Notes: generated by a model not told the origin, from the sequence alone. A stretch of DNA of 64,000 nt from an uncultured Oscillospiraceae bacterium (GCA_944385405.1 CALWXB010000009.1:2096-66095), one strand, 5' to 3'. Shown: positions 28,188-38,024, numbered from the stretch's first letter. A program made the numbers and translations.

Positions 28188-29006
28188 TCATCCCATGGCG
28201 GGGAACTGGCGGATCCCGTACGCCGCCATGCAGTTGGTGCAGCAGCAGGCGTCGATGAAGGCGTCGTCCGCGCCCCGGGCCTTCAGGGCGAAGGCGACCT
28301 TGGCCACAGCCAGAGGGTCGGAGATGAGGTCGGAGCTGTCACTGTCTACGAATACACGGTCCGACTTCTTCTTCAGGAGCAGGTCGGCAGTGTTTTCGGG
28401 ATTCATCACCCGCCAGGGCTGTACGGAGATGGCGGCGTAGGCGCCTGCCTCCAGGACTAGGTCGATGTTTGCCTCCGTGCAGTGGTCGATCACCACCTTC
28501 GACATGTCCAGCCCCCGCTCCCGGCAGATCTCCAGGGAGCGTTTGGTGGCTTCCACCTTGCGGTCCATGGGATTGGGGACATGGATATCGATGGTCACGC
28601 CGGCATCCCGGACGATGTCCACCTGGCGCTCCAGCAGCATCTGCTGATAAGCGGGGTCTGCATTGGTGCGGGAACCGGGCTCAAATCCAACCTCACCCAC
28701 GGCCACCACTTCGGGGCGGGCCAGGTAGGACGGCAGCAGCGCCAGCAGCTCCTCCACACCGTCGCGGGGCGTGGAGACCATGCTGATCCCGATCATGGCC
28801 CAGGCATCAATGAAGTTCTGCTTGGCACGGCCCAGCTGCTTTTCCAGCTGGACGTCCCAGACGTCGATGATGGTGTCCTTGCTGACGGGCTTGAATGCCC
28901 CCAGGTGGACCGGCGAGATGACGCCCCGGATGTTGTGAAGGGACATCTCCTTCAAGCTGGCGATGGACAGGTCCAGCAAATGGGTATGCGCATCAATGTA
29001 ATACAT
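28188..29006 (-). CDS. TatD-related metal-dependent TIM-barrel hydrolase
   Basis: IDAHTH, VAVGEVG, IHVP, VIDH, DSD. Confidence 0.85.
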   Translation of the reverse strand: MYYIDAHTHLLDLSIASLKEMSLHNIRGVISPVHLGAFKPVSKDTIIDVWDVQLEKQLGRAKQNFIDAWAMIGISMVSTPRDGVEELLALLPSYLARPEVVAVGEVGFEPGSRTNADPAYQQMLLERQVDIVRDAGVTIDIHVPNPMDRKVEATKRSLEICRERGLDMSKVVIDHCTEANIDLVLEAGAYAAISVQPWRVMNPENTADLLLKKKSDRVFVDSDSSDLISDPLAVAKVAFALKARGADDAFIDACCCTNCMAAYGIRQFPAMG

Positions 29007-29024
29007 AAGGCAGCTCCTTTCGTT

Positions 29025-29399
29025 TCAGTGCAGGACTTCCGTGGTGCTGACAACATCCACGCCGGTCCCCAAAATGTTGGGGATCAGGACCTGATCGTAG
29101 TGGACCGGCGCCTGGACCGTGGTGTTTGCAATGACCTTCATGGCCTCCAAAAGCAGCTTTTGCGGGATGGCGGCACTGGTCTGCACCGGCAGCATGGGAT
29201 GCTCCGGATCATCGGTGACGATGGACACGGTGCTGGTCAGGATCCGCACCGGGTTGGTCACCTCCTGAGCGGCATATTCGGCGCCGCGCTTGCAGCGGTT
29301 GTTGGAGATGCCGGATATGGTGCCGTCCTCCGCCATTTCCACCTGGATCCTGCAGGCCAGCGGGCACTGCACGCAGATAACTTCCTTGCTTTTCATCAT
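29025..29399 (-). CDS. DUF1667 (CxxC...C) protein
   Basis: ICVQCPLAC, CKRGAEYA..EVTNPVR.LTSTV. Confidence 0.88.
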   Translation of the reverse strand: MMKSKEVICVQCPLACRIQVEMAEDGTISGISNNRCKRGAEYAAQEVTNPVRILTSTVSIVTDDPEHPMLPVQTSAAIPQKLLLEAMKVIANTTVQAPVHYDQVLIPNILGTGVDVVSTTEVLH

Positions 29400-30652
29400 A
29401 CCGCCCTCTCTCCTTCACAGCTGACGATGAGTTGTCCGTGCACATGGGCCAGTTCCTTTGTGGGAAGGTCGATCCGGATCTGCTCACTTGGCCGTGCGAA
29501 CTGGAAATGCTTTTCATAAATGTCGCCGATGCGGACGGTGGCGTCCGCCAGGGGCCAGGTCACCCGCATGTAGAAGCTCACCGTCTCCTGCAGCTTGCTG
29601 ATCCGGTTGGGCACCACATAGCGGATGTTGGCCCCGGCAGCCACTTCGATGTCCAGATCCTGACTGCGGTCGCCGTCGATGTAGCGGGCTGCGTTGGCAG
29701 CCGCCATCCCGGCGGATTCGGAGGCATAGTCGGCCAGGTCGTGCACATGCACCACGTTTCCGCCGGCGAAGAAGCCGGGGGTGCTGGTCTGCCACAGATT
29801 GTCCACCACGGGGCCGCCGGTGATAGCGTTCATGGAGATGCCCGCCATACGGGAGAGCTCATTTTCCGGGATCAGGCCTGCGGAGATCAGCAGGGTATCC
29901 GCGTCAAACTCGATCTCGGTGCCGGGAATGTACTGGCGGTTCTGATCCACCCGGGTCACCACGATCTTTTCGATGCGGTCCGTGCCCCGGACCTCCTTGA
30001 TGGTATGGCTGACATACACCGGGATGTGGAAGTCCCGCAGGCACTGCACCTCATTGCGGATCAGTCCGCCGATGAAGGGCATGATCTCCACCACCGCAAG
30101 GACCTTGGCGCCCTCCAGGGTCAGCCGCCGGGCCATGATCATGCCGATGTCGCCGGAGCCCAGGATGACCACCCGTTTGCCGGGCATCTTGCCCTCGATG
30201 TTGATGAGGCGCTGGGCCGTACCGGCAGTATAGATGCCGGCGGGGCGTGTTCCGGGGATCCGCAGCGCGCCGAAGGAGCGCTCGCGGCACCCCATGCACA
30301 AGATGGTGGCCTTGGGGCGGATCTCCAGCAGGCGGTCCCGGTTCAGGGCGGTGATCCGGTTCTCCCCGTCCACCCGGATGGCCATGGTCTTGGTCATGAA
30401 ATCCACACCTGCCCGCTGGGCGTCCTGGAGCATTTTGTAGGTATACGCGGGCCCGGTGAGGGATTCCTTGAAGTAATGCAGGCCGAAGCCGTTGTGGATG
30501 CACTGAGGCAGCACGCCGCCCAGCTCCTCTGACCGCTCGATGAGCAAGACGTTCTTCACGCCGGAGGCTTTTGCCCGAATGGCGGCGCCAAGGCCGGCGG
30601 GACCGCCGCCGATAATGGCCAGGTCGGTCTCATGAGTGATGATCTTAGACAT
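29396..30652 (-). CDS. NAD(P)/FAD-dependent oxidoreductase (partner of GlpA-like dehydrogenases)
   Basis: GGGPAG, LPQCIHNGFG, MGCRER, GSGDIGMIMARR, GLIPENEL, GNVVHVHDL. Confidence 0.9.
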   Translation of the reverse strand: MSKIITHETDLAIIGGGPAGLGAAIRAKASGVKNVLLIERSEELGGVLPQCIHNGFGLHYFKESLTGPAYTYKMLQDAQRAGVDFMTKTMAIRVDGENRITALNRDRLLEIRPKATILCMGCRERSFGALRIPGTRPAGIYTAGTAQRLINIEGKMPGKRVVILGSGDIGMIMARRLTLEGAKVLAVVEIMPFIGGLIRNEVQCLRDFHIPVYVSHTIKEVRGTDRIEKIVVTRVDQNRQYIPGTEIEFDADTLLISAGLIPENELSRMAGISMNAITGGPVVDNLWQTSTPGFFAGGNVVHVHDLADYASESAGMAAANAARYIDGDRSQDLDIEVAAGANIRYVVPNRISKLQETVSFYMRVTWPLADATVRIGDIYEKHFQFARPSEQIRIDLPTKELAHVHGQLIVSCEGERAV

Positions 30653-32141
30653 GCTCCGCCTCTCCCTTCACACTGTGATCGTCCCGCAGCGCTGTGACCA
30701 TGTAGGACCCGGGGCCCTTTTTGGTGACCGCCTCAGGAGGGATCTGCAGTTCTCTTGACAAAATGGCAATGACACGGGGACCGCAGAAGCCGCCCTGGCA
30801 GCGTCCCATGCCGGCTCTCGTACGGAATTTCACGCCGTCCACGGAGCGGGCGCCCCGGCGGATGGCCTCCACGATCTCGCCCTCCGTGACGGTCTCGCAG
30901 CGGCAGATCACGTGGCCGTAGCGGGGATCGCGGGCAATGAGCTCCGCCAGCTCCTCCGGCTCCAGATCGTGGACGTGGGGCATGTCCTTGCGGCAGGGAT
31001 TGAAATCTCCCCGCGTTTTAAGATCGGCGGCGTCGGCCACGGTGGGGAACACCTCCAAAGAGAGGTACTGCGCCATGGCGTAGCAGGCGGTGAGGCCGGA
31101 GCCGCCCAGCACGAAGTTCAGGAAGCGGGGCAGCTGCGGGGCGGACCGGATGACGAATTCACCGGTGCCCGCGCACTGGTTCAGCACGCCGCTGAAGGGA
31201 CGGATAACGGCGGAGGCGGGAATCGTGGGGATCAGCCGGGCGCTGCTGCGGAGCACATGCTCCTCGATGCCGGGCTGGGTAGTGTGGCAGGCGTCGAAAT
31301 CATCCGTGGGCTTGACCTCCACGCCGGCCATCAGGTCGCCGTATACGGTGGGGCAGATGAAATCTCCCGGAGCGCCCATGTTGTTGAGCATGCGCACCAC
31401 GTGCCGCACCGCGCCCTGATAGTTTTTGTCGAAGATCACCTTCTCCTGCCGGGTCAGGGAGATCTGGAAGGAGGTGTCCCCCACCATGGCGGCCACCTTG
31501 TCGGAGAAGGGGCCGGCGGCGTTGACCACATATTTTGCGCTGAAGGGTCCCTGCCGGGTGTCCAGCAGGAAGCGCTGTGCCTCCGCATCCCAGCGGATCC
31601 CTGTCACCGCGCATTCCACAAATACGCTGGCTCCGTTGTCCTGGGCGTTTTCCAGAAGTCCGTAGACCAGTCCCCAGGGGGAGACGATGCCTGTGTTGGG
31701 CGTGTGAAGCGCGGCGATCACGTCCGGATTCAGATTGGGTTCCATCTCCAGGAGCCGGCTGCGGTCCTCGATGAGCTCGATGTCCATGAGTCCCAGACGC
31801 TTGGCGGACTGCATGAGGGCCTTCAGCTGGGCGACCTGTGTCTCATCGAAGGCCACCAGCAGCTTTCCGATGCGCTGGTATTTGACATCCAGGTCGGCGC
31901 ACAGCTGTCCCATCATGGCGGCGCCCATCAGCTCGCCCCGGTTTTTCAGCGGGGTCAGGGGATTGACGGACAGTCCGGCATGTACGATGGCGTGGGTGCC
32001 CTTGGTCACCTCGCAGGCGACCTCTGCATTTTTTTCCAGCACTGCCACGGACAGGGCGTATTTTGTCATTTCGCGGGCTACCGCGGCTCCGGCAACGCCC
32101 GCACCGATCACGATCACATCAAAAGATTTCAATTTCATCAC
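30645..32141 (-). CDS. FAD-dependent oxidoreductase (GlpA/LhgO-like) with a C-terminal BFD-like [2Fe-2S] domain
   Basis: IGAGVAG, IVHAG, EPNL, ICRCETVTEGEI, RAGMGRCQGGFC. Confidence 0.9.
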   Translation of the reverse strand: MMKLKSFDVIVIGAGVAGAAVAREMTKYALSVAVLEKNAEVACEVTKGTHAIVHAGLSVNPLTPLKNRGELMGAAMMGQLCADLDVKYQRIGKLLVAFDETQVAQLKALMQSAKRLGLMDIELIEDRSRLLEMEPNLNPDVIAALHTPNTGIVSPWGLVYGLLENAQDNGASVFVECAVTGIRWDAEAQRFLLDTRQGPFSAKYVVNAAGPFSDKVAAMVGDTSFQISLTRQEKVIFDKNYQGAVRHVVRMLNNMGAPGDFICPTVYGDLMAGVEVKPTDDFDACHTTQPGIEEHVLRSSARLIPTIPASAVIRPFSGVLNQCAGTGEFVIRSAPQLPRFLNFVLGGSGLTACYAMAQYLSLEVFPTVADAADLKTRGDFNPCRKDMPHVHDLEPEELAELIARDPRYGHVICRCETVTEGEIVEAIRRGARSVDGVKFRTRAGMGRCQGGFCGPRVIAILSRELQIPPEAVTKKGPGSYMVTALRDDHSVKGEAEHV

Positions 32142-32159
32142 CGCCTGATTGTTTTTTTA

Positions 32160-33440
32160 TCATCCCATGATCAGCTGCAGAGGGACTGTCACCAGCGACG
32201 GGAACGCCGTCAGGATGACCAGCACCGCGATCTCTACCAGCAGGAAGGGAAGCACCCCTCGGACGATCTGGGTGAAGTTGATCTTCGCAACGCCGCAGCC
32301 CACATAGAGCACGGTCCCCACGGGAGGTGTGATCATGCCAATGCACAGATTCAGGGTCATGATCAGTGCGAAGTAGTACGGGTCAATGCCCGCAGCGGTT
32401 ATCACGGGGAAGAGCACCGGGGCGAAGATCAGGATATTGGGGGTAAGGTCCATCACCATGCCCATGAGGAAGAGGAAGATGTTGATGACGATCATCAAGA
32501 GCACGGGATGAGCGATGAGGCCGCCGAAAAGCTGCACGGCCATGGCGGGGATCTGCGCGATGGTGATGAGCCAGGCCACGGCGGAAGCAGTGGCGCAGAT
32601 GAACATCACCGTGGCAGTGCTCTTGCAGGCCGCGATGAGGCACTCCACCAGCTTCTTCCACGTCAGCTCCCGATAAATGAAGAAGCAGACGAACACGGCA
32701 TAGACCACCGCGAAGGCGCCGGCCTCGGTGGGCGTGAAGATACCCAGCCGGATGCCGCCTACGATGAGGATGGGCATAAAGAGGGCGGGAAGGGAGGAGA
32801 TGACCATTTTCAATCCCTCTTCCCGGGTGAAGTGCACCACATCGTGGTAGTCGTCGATGCGGACGACGAAGTACCACACCACCATCAAAGCGATGCCGAT
32901 GATCAGGCCCGGCACGATGCCGGACATGAACATCCGGGAAATGGACAGGCCCACACTGGTGCCCAGCACGATCATGGGAATGCTGGGAGGGATGATGGGC
33001 GCGATGATGGCGCCTGCGCAGATGAATCCGGCGGCCCGCTCCGTTTTATAGCCCTGCACCGCCATCAGGGGCAGCAGGATGCCGCCCAGCGCCGCGGCGT
33101 CGGCCACCGCGCTGCCGGACAGACCGGCGAAGATGATGCTGGCGACGATGGCGGTGTAGCCCAGGCCGCCGCGGATCCGCCCCATCAGCACATTGGCGAA
33201 ATCCACGATCCGTTTGGAAAGCCCGCCCTTGGACATGATCTCTCCCGCCAGCATGAAAAAGGGAATGGCCATCAGGGGGAAGCTGTTGACGCCCACGATC
33301 ATTTGCTGGGCCAGCAGCAGGGGCTGGAACTGATCCAGAAACAGCATCAGGACGATGGCGCAGCCGCCCAGAGCAATGGCGATGGGGACGCCGATCAAAA
33401 GGAGCGCGGACAACGTGACCAGAAATACCAGTAAGCCCAT
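32160..33440 (-). CDS. TRAP transporter large permease (DctM)
   Basis: AIPFFMLAG, SGSAVADAA, IIPPSIP, FTPTEA, ITPPVG. Confidence 0.95.
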   Translation of the reverse strand: MGLLVFLVTLSALLLIGVPIAIALGGCAIVLMLFLDQFQPLLLAQQMIVGVNSFPLMAIPFFMLAGEIMSKGGLSKRIVDFANVLMGRIRGGLGYTAIVASIIFAGLSGSAVADAAALGGILLPLMAVQGYKTERAAGFICAGAIIAPIIPPSIPMIVLGTSVGLSISRMFMSGIVPGLIIGIALMVVWYFVVRIDDYHDVVHFTREEGLKMVISSLPALFMPILIVGGIRLGIFTPTEAGAFAVVYAVFVCFFIYRELTWKKLVECLIAACKSTATVMFICATASAVAWLITIAQIPAMAVQLFGGLIAHPVLLMIVINIFLFLMGMVMDLTPNILIFAPVLFPVITAAGIDPYYFALIMTLNLCIGMITPPVGTVLYVGCGVAKINFTQIVRGVLPFLLVEIAVLVILTAFPSLVTVPLQLIMG

Positions 33441-33442
33441 TG

Positions 33443-33910
33443 TCAAGCCTCCTTTTTGAAGTAGCGGCGGACCACGTCAATGGCCCAGCACACCAGGATA
33501 CCGCCGGCGGAGATGGGAAGGACCACCACGATCAGGGCGAAATTGATGCCGGTGGCCACGGAGGGGTAATTGGAATTGATCATGTTCTGGATCCCGCCGA
33601 TGAAGATCAGCACCATGATGAGGAACACGCAGATGTCGCACAGGATCTGGACGATCAGCTTCCAGACGCCAGTGAGATGATCGGTCAGGATCGTGACGGA
33701 CACATGCTCTCCGGAGCGGTAGGCCATCAGGATGCCCAGATAGCTGATCCAGATGAAGCAGAAGCGGGACAGCTCCTCCGAGCTGACCATGCTGGAATTG
33801 AACACGTAGCGGAGGATGGCGTTGTAGAATGTGAGGACCACCATACAGATCAGCGCGCCGCACATGAGAATGTTGACGAGCTTTGTCAGAATCCCTTTTG
33901 GATGATACAC
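33443..33910 (-). CDS. TRAP transporter small permease (DctQ)
   Basis: LRYVFN, SEELSRFCFIW, HVSV; GTG start after GGAGGT. Confidence 0.9.
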   Translation of the reverse strand: MYHPKGILTKLVNILMCGALICMVVLTFYNAILRYVFNSSMVSSEELSRFCFIWISYLGILMAYRSGEHVSVTILTDHLTGVWKLIVQILCDICVFLIMVLIFIGGIQNMINSNYPSVATGINFALIVVVLPISAGGILVCWAIDVVRRYFKKEA

Positions 33911-33990
33911 GGAATTACCTCCCTTGACAGATTCGGCGGAGGAGATCCGCTTCACCGGCGTCGTTCCGGCGAAGCGGACGCGGGGACGGC

Positions 33991-35019
33991 TTACTGGACG
34001 GCCTCGATCTTCTCGATGATCTCCAGGCAGCCGGGCCACTGCTCTTCAGCCCAGGCCCGGGTGGGGATCTGAGAGTCCCGCATCTCCTGGACGAAGGCCT
34101 CATCCGGGTAGACGACTTCCAGGCCGTACTCCTCAAAGTACTTCAGGTTGTCGTTTTCCTCCTGCTCGGCGATGCCCCAGTCGTAAGCGATGGCATCCGC
34201 AGCGCACTGACGGATGATCTCCTGCTGCTCAGCGGTGAGGGTGGAGAAGAACTGGGAGTTGATGTACCACGTATGCACGGTGAACATGTGTCTGGAGACC
34301 AGATACGCGCTCTGCACCTCATAGTACTTGTTGGCCCGGCAGATGGAGGGGGAGACCTCCTGGCCGTCGCAGACCTTTTGCTCCAGAGCGGTGAACAGCT
34401 CCGTCATGGGCAGGGCCACCACGTTGACGCCCAGATTTTCCGCCATGGTCACATACAGCGGGATGTTGGGAACCCGCAGGCGCATGCCCTTCATGTCACT
34501 GAGGCTGTGGAACGGCGTATTGGAGGAAATGGCGCGGAAGCCGCTGGGACAGATGCCCAGGGGAGTGATGCCGATGTCCTCGGCGCCGGTGCACAAAGCG
34601 GCCATGATCTCCTCGTCATGCAGGGCCTTCTTGGCGTGATCCCAGTCCCGGAACAGGAACGGGAATTCCGCCAGGCCCACATACGGCATGTGAGTCTGCA
34701 GGGCGCCGCCCAGAATGGCCATTTCCACGGTGCCCTGGCGGATCCCGTCGCCCAGAGCCTCCTCGCTGCCCAGCTGGCAGTTGGGATAGACCTCGATCTG
34801 GATCGTGCCGCCGGACTGCTCCTCCACGGCCTTCTCAAATTCGTACATGGACTTGGTTTCCGTCATCTCGTCGCCGTAGATATTGGCCAGCTTGATGGTC
34901 ACGGTTTTCTCTGCGGAGGCCGAGCCGTCCGGACTCTCGGAGGCGGGGTTTCCCCCGCAGCCGGCGGCCAGGGCGGTCACCATCAGAAGTGCCGTCGCGA
35001 TGCGCATTGCCTTTTTCAT
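33991..35019 (-). CDS. TRAP transporter substrate-binding lipoprotein (DctP)
   Basis: Lipobox LAAGC; YPNCQLG, PFLFRD, GFR, GMRLRVP (conserved Arg), ELFTALEQ..DGQE. Confidence 0.93.
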   Translation of the reverse strand: MKKAMRIATALLMVTALAAGCGGNPASESPDGSASAEKTVTIKLANIYGDEMTETKSMYEFEKAVEEQSGGTIQIEVYPNCQLGSEEALGDGIRQGTVEMAILGGALQTHMPYVGLAEFPFLFRDWDHAKKALHDEEIMAALCTGAEDIGITPLGICPSGFRAISSNTPFHSLSDMKGMRLRVPNIPLYVTMAENLGVNVVALPMTELFTALEQKVCDGQEVSPSICRANKYYEVQSAYLVSRHMFTVHTWYINSQFFSTLTAEQQEIIRQCAADAIAYDWGIAEQEENDNLKYFEEYGLEVVYPDEAFVQEMRDSQIPTRAWAEEQWPGCLEIIEKIEAVQ

Positions 35020-35057
35020 TTCATCACTCTCTTTCTTCTCATCTCAATTTTGCATTC

Positions 35058-35123
35058 TTGCGTACTTGTATGCTAGTACGCAAACTGTGATTACAATCTA
35101 CGCCACCCAATGGCATTTGTCAA
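35058..35123 (-). promoter_or_regulatory. Sigma-A promoter and palindromic operator of the TRAP operon
   Basis: TTGACA-17-TAGATT (35123-35095). Inverted repeat ttgcgtact-N8-agtacgcaa (35058-35083) just downstream of the start site. Confidence 0.75.
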
Positions 35124-35227
35124 CCGTAAAAATGGAAGAAGCTGTGATTCTTGCAAAATGTGCAGTTTTTTTAAATGATTTTGGAACAAGTGACGAGGCT
35201 CCCCCGGGGCCTGAGACCGGCGGGACA

Positions 35228-35265
35228 TCAAAAACGGCCTGCCCATTGCGGGCAGGCCGTTTTGA
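35228..35265 (-). terminator. Intrinsic terminator
   Basis: tcaaaaacggcctgccc...gggcaggccgtttttga. Confidence 0.75.
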
Positions 35266-35282
35266 AGGGCGGGCAGAGACCG

Positions 35283-36380
35283 TCAGTCTCCCTCGTAGCC
35301 CAGGTACGTGCGGAAGCAGCATTCCAGGGTGTCCAGATCGTAATAGGAGGCGGTGTTCCAGTCCAGTACCTGGATGAGACCGCCCACCACGGAAACGCTT
35401 TGATACTCTCTGCTGCCGTACAGGGTGAATTGGGGCAGGGGCGTGCCGTCCTGGCGGTAGTAAGTGCGCACGGCGGCGCCGTTCTCGGGAAATTCCCACA
35501 GCTCCAGCAGGCCCGGCGCGTCCTCCCCCAGCAAAGAGTCCGTGAGGCGCTGGGCGCCGGGGACCGCCGGTTCCTCCGGCTCCGGATAGGAGATGTTCCC
35601 CCACAGGCCCTCCCAGGCCTCCCACGTCAGCGTCTCCGCAGCGCCGGTGACCAGATGGAAACAGCGGATCTTCGAGGCATCCGAATCCGGCACCCATTCC
35701 AATGCCAGATAGTCCCCGCTGCGCTGGCCGCCGATCCCTTCACCCCAATAGAGATCCGTCAGCATGGACTGATACGTCTCCGGGGAGATCCCGGCCTCCG
35801 TCAGGGTCCATGTCCGTCCTTCCGTGCCGTCCGGTGCCATGAGGGTGAAGGCATCCTCCCGGTAGAGGATCAGCCCCTGGAGGTCGGAGGACACCTCAAT
35901 GTAGGAAAAGGGCGTGCACCAGCTGCCGTCGGCGGCAGCCACGGCGTACTGTGCCTGGACGGTTTCCTGCTGGTCAGCGGCTTCGCCCCGGGTCAGCACC
36001 AGCAGGGGGTGGAGCTGACGCTGTCCCGCCGCGTCCATGCCGCCGGGGCGGCTCGCCCGGCTGTACACAGGGTCGGTGACCACCCGGCCATCCCGGGTCA
36101 TGAGGCCGTAGAGGCAGCCGTCCATGGCGGGCCAGTGGTCCTGAAGGCGCAGCCCGGCGTAGGGGATCAGCATCCCGTAGTCCTTCCGGGGAATGAGGCG
36201 GTCCGTATAATCCGCATACCAGCGTCCGCCCACCGTTGGGAGGGGCTCCGCCCGCTCCCCCAGATGGGACCAGTCCGTGTGGACCTGGACGCCGGGCTCC
36301 GGCATCTCCTCCGGGACCTGCGTTCCGGCACAGGCGGTGAGGAGGAGGGCCAGCAGAAGGACCGGAAGCTGCCGCCTCAT
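35283..36380 (-). CDS. Hypothetical lipoprotein
   Basis: Lipobox LLTAC; acidic and aromatic-rich; ATGA overlap with the upstream gene. Confidence 0.8.
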   Translation of the reverse strand: MRRQLPVLLLALLLTACAGTQVPEEMPEPGVQVHTDWSHLGERAEPLPTVGGRWYADYTDRLIPRKDYGMLIPYAGLRLQDHWPAMDGCLYGLMTRDGRVVTDPVYSRASRPGGMDAAGQRQLHPLLVLTRGEAADQQETVQAQYAVAAADGSWCTPFSYIEVSSDLQGLILYREDAFTLMAPDGTEGRTWTLTEAGISPETYQSMLTDLYWGEGIGGQRSGDYLALEWVPDSDASKIRCFHLVTGAAETLTWEAWEGLWGNISYPEPEEPAVPGAQRLTDSLLGEDAPGLLELWEFPENGAAVRTYYRQDGTPLPQFTLYGSREYQSVSVVGGLIQVLDWNTASYYDLDTLECCFRTYLGYEGD

Positions 36381-37297
36381 GACGGGACCTCCAGGATGGA
36401 TACATAGCCCTCGTGGGCCACCAGCTGCTGTCCCTCTTCGCTCAAAAGCCAGTCGTAGAGGATGCGGTTGGGGGCGTCCTCCGCCGCGTCGGCGGGGATC
36501 ACCACATACTTGGGATTGATGAGGGGATATTCCTCCTGCCGGATGGTCTCCGGTGTGGGCGCGACGCCCTCCAGCTCCAGGAGCTTCAGGCCCTGGGCCA
36601 TTTTCATTTCCTCGGCGTAGTAATATACGCTGTATCCGATGGCGCCGGGGGAACCGTCATAGCTCTTCACCGCCTCCATCAGCTGCCCCATGGTGGCCAC
36701 GATGTAGTCCTTGGGAGCCTCCATCATGGGCGTGCCCTGCATCACCAGCTTTTCCATCAGAGCCTGGCTCCCGGCCTCACTGTTGCGCTGGAAGGGGACG
36801 ATGGGCTGGTCTGCCCCGCCCAGCTCTTTCCAGTTGGTGATCTCGCCGGTGTAAATGCCCCTGGCCTCCGCTACGGTGATGGAGTCCACGGGGTTGTCCT
36901 CGTTGACCACAAAGACGAAGGCGTCGGTGGCGAAAGGAGTCTGCTCCCACTGGAAGCCGGACCGCTCCTTTTCCTCCAGGACCTCCTCGTTGGGCTCTCC
37001 CACGATCAGAAGGTCTGCGTTCCCCTGCAGGAGGTTATAGTAGGCGCTGGTGGTCTTGGAAAACTGCACCAGATCGGCTGTGTCCTCCCGGCTCTCCCCC
37101 AGCAGCACAGAGCAGACCGCCTCCGCCAGAGGAGCGGTGGAGGTGGAGCCGTCCAGCCGGGGGAAGTTCTCCCGGGTAAAGGTAAAGACCTCCTCCGGGG
37201 GCGGAGGTTCCGCAGGGGCGGGACTTTGACAGGCACTCAGGCACAGCAGCGACGCCAGCAGCGCGGCCGGCGCCGCAGGAAAGCGGCGGATGCGCAT
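36377..37297 (-). CDS. PstS-like substrate-binding lipoprotein
   Basis: Lipobox LSAC; LDGSTST, DAFVFVVN..NPV, IYTGEITNWKELGG, QRNSEAGSQ, AIGY. Confidence 0.85.
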   Translation of the reverse strand: MRIRRFPAAPAALLASLLCLSACQSPAPAEPPPPEEVFTFTRENFPRLDGSTSTAPLAEAVCSVLLGESREDTADLVQFSKTTSAYYNLLQGNADLLIVGEPNEEVLEEKERSGFQWEQTPFATDAFVFVVNEDNPVDSITVAEARGIYTGEITNWKELGGADQPIVPFQRNSEAGSQALMEKLVMQGTPMMEAPKDYIVATMGQLMEAVKSYDGSPGAIGYSVYYYAEEMKMAQGLKLLELEGVAPTPETIRQEEYPLINPKYVVIPADAAEDAPNRILYDWLLSEEGQQLVAHEGYVSILEVPS

Positions 37298-37533
37298 GAA
37301 GATCCCTCCTTTACAAGACCGGCGGTGTGAAACAGTGTGCTCCGCCAGGGATATCTGCGGCGGAGCAGCCCTCTCTGTTCAGCATATCGCAAGGGCGTGT
37401 GCTTGTCAAATGGCGGGATGGGACCGCCGGGGGCAGCCCGACGCCGTTCCGGAAAAAAGCGGCTGCAGGGAGAACTTCCCGCCTCCCGGGAAGGCTCCGC
37501 CACATATGGAGGACAGAGAGCAGCTTGCGGAAA

Positions 37534-37566
37534 AAAGCACCGCAATCCATTGGATTGCGGTGCTTT
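37534..37566 (-). terminator. Terminator of the tRNA operon
   Basis: aaagcaccgcaatcca-t-tggattgcggtgcttt. Confidence 0.8.
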
Positions 37567-37569
37567 GTC

Positions 37570-37645
<76 letters not shown>

Positions 37646-37654
37646 ATATGAACT

Positions 37655-37741
37655 TGGTGCCGGTGACCGGGCTCGAACCGGTACAGTATCGCTACCGGGG
37701 GATTTTAAGTCCCCTGTGTCTACCAATTCCACCACACCGGC
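37655..37741 (-). tRNA. tRNA-Leu (TAA)
   Basis: GCCGGTGTGGTGGAATTGGTAGACAC...CTTAAAA, long variable arm, GGTTCGAGCCC...CACCA. Confidence 0.96.
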
Positions 37742-37759
37742 AGCTGTTCGGCAATGATT

Positions 37760-37788
37760 AGAATACCACTCTGGCATGGAATTGTCAA
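37760..37788 (-). promoter_or_regulatory. Sigma-A promoter of the tRNA operon
   Basis: TTGACA-17-TATTCT. Confidence 0.75.
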
Positions 37789-37910
37789 GACTTTCTGCAA
37801 AAAAGTTTTTCGACAAGAAAAAATTTCGGGGTTGGAGCATGGTTTCGTGCAATTTTCCCCGCTGGGGCGCATATACTGAGAGGAACCCGGATGCAAAGGA
37901 GGATACGCCA

Positions 37911-37985
37911 GTGAGAAGCTGCACATACACCGGAGACGTGGATGATTTGATCTTCGAGGACGGCTGGTTCATCAGCCAGCGCTGA
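37911..37985 (+). CDS. Putative 24-aa small protein MRSCTYTGDVDDLIFEDGWFISQR
   Basis: AAAGGAGG RBS 8 nt before GTG; CATATACT upstream; + strand terminator at 37993-38019. Confidence 0.55.
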   Translation: MRSCTYTGDVDDLIFEDGWFISQR

Positions 37986-38024
37986 CACGTGTGGGACGCC
38001 GCGGAAGCGGCGTCCTTTTGCGTA

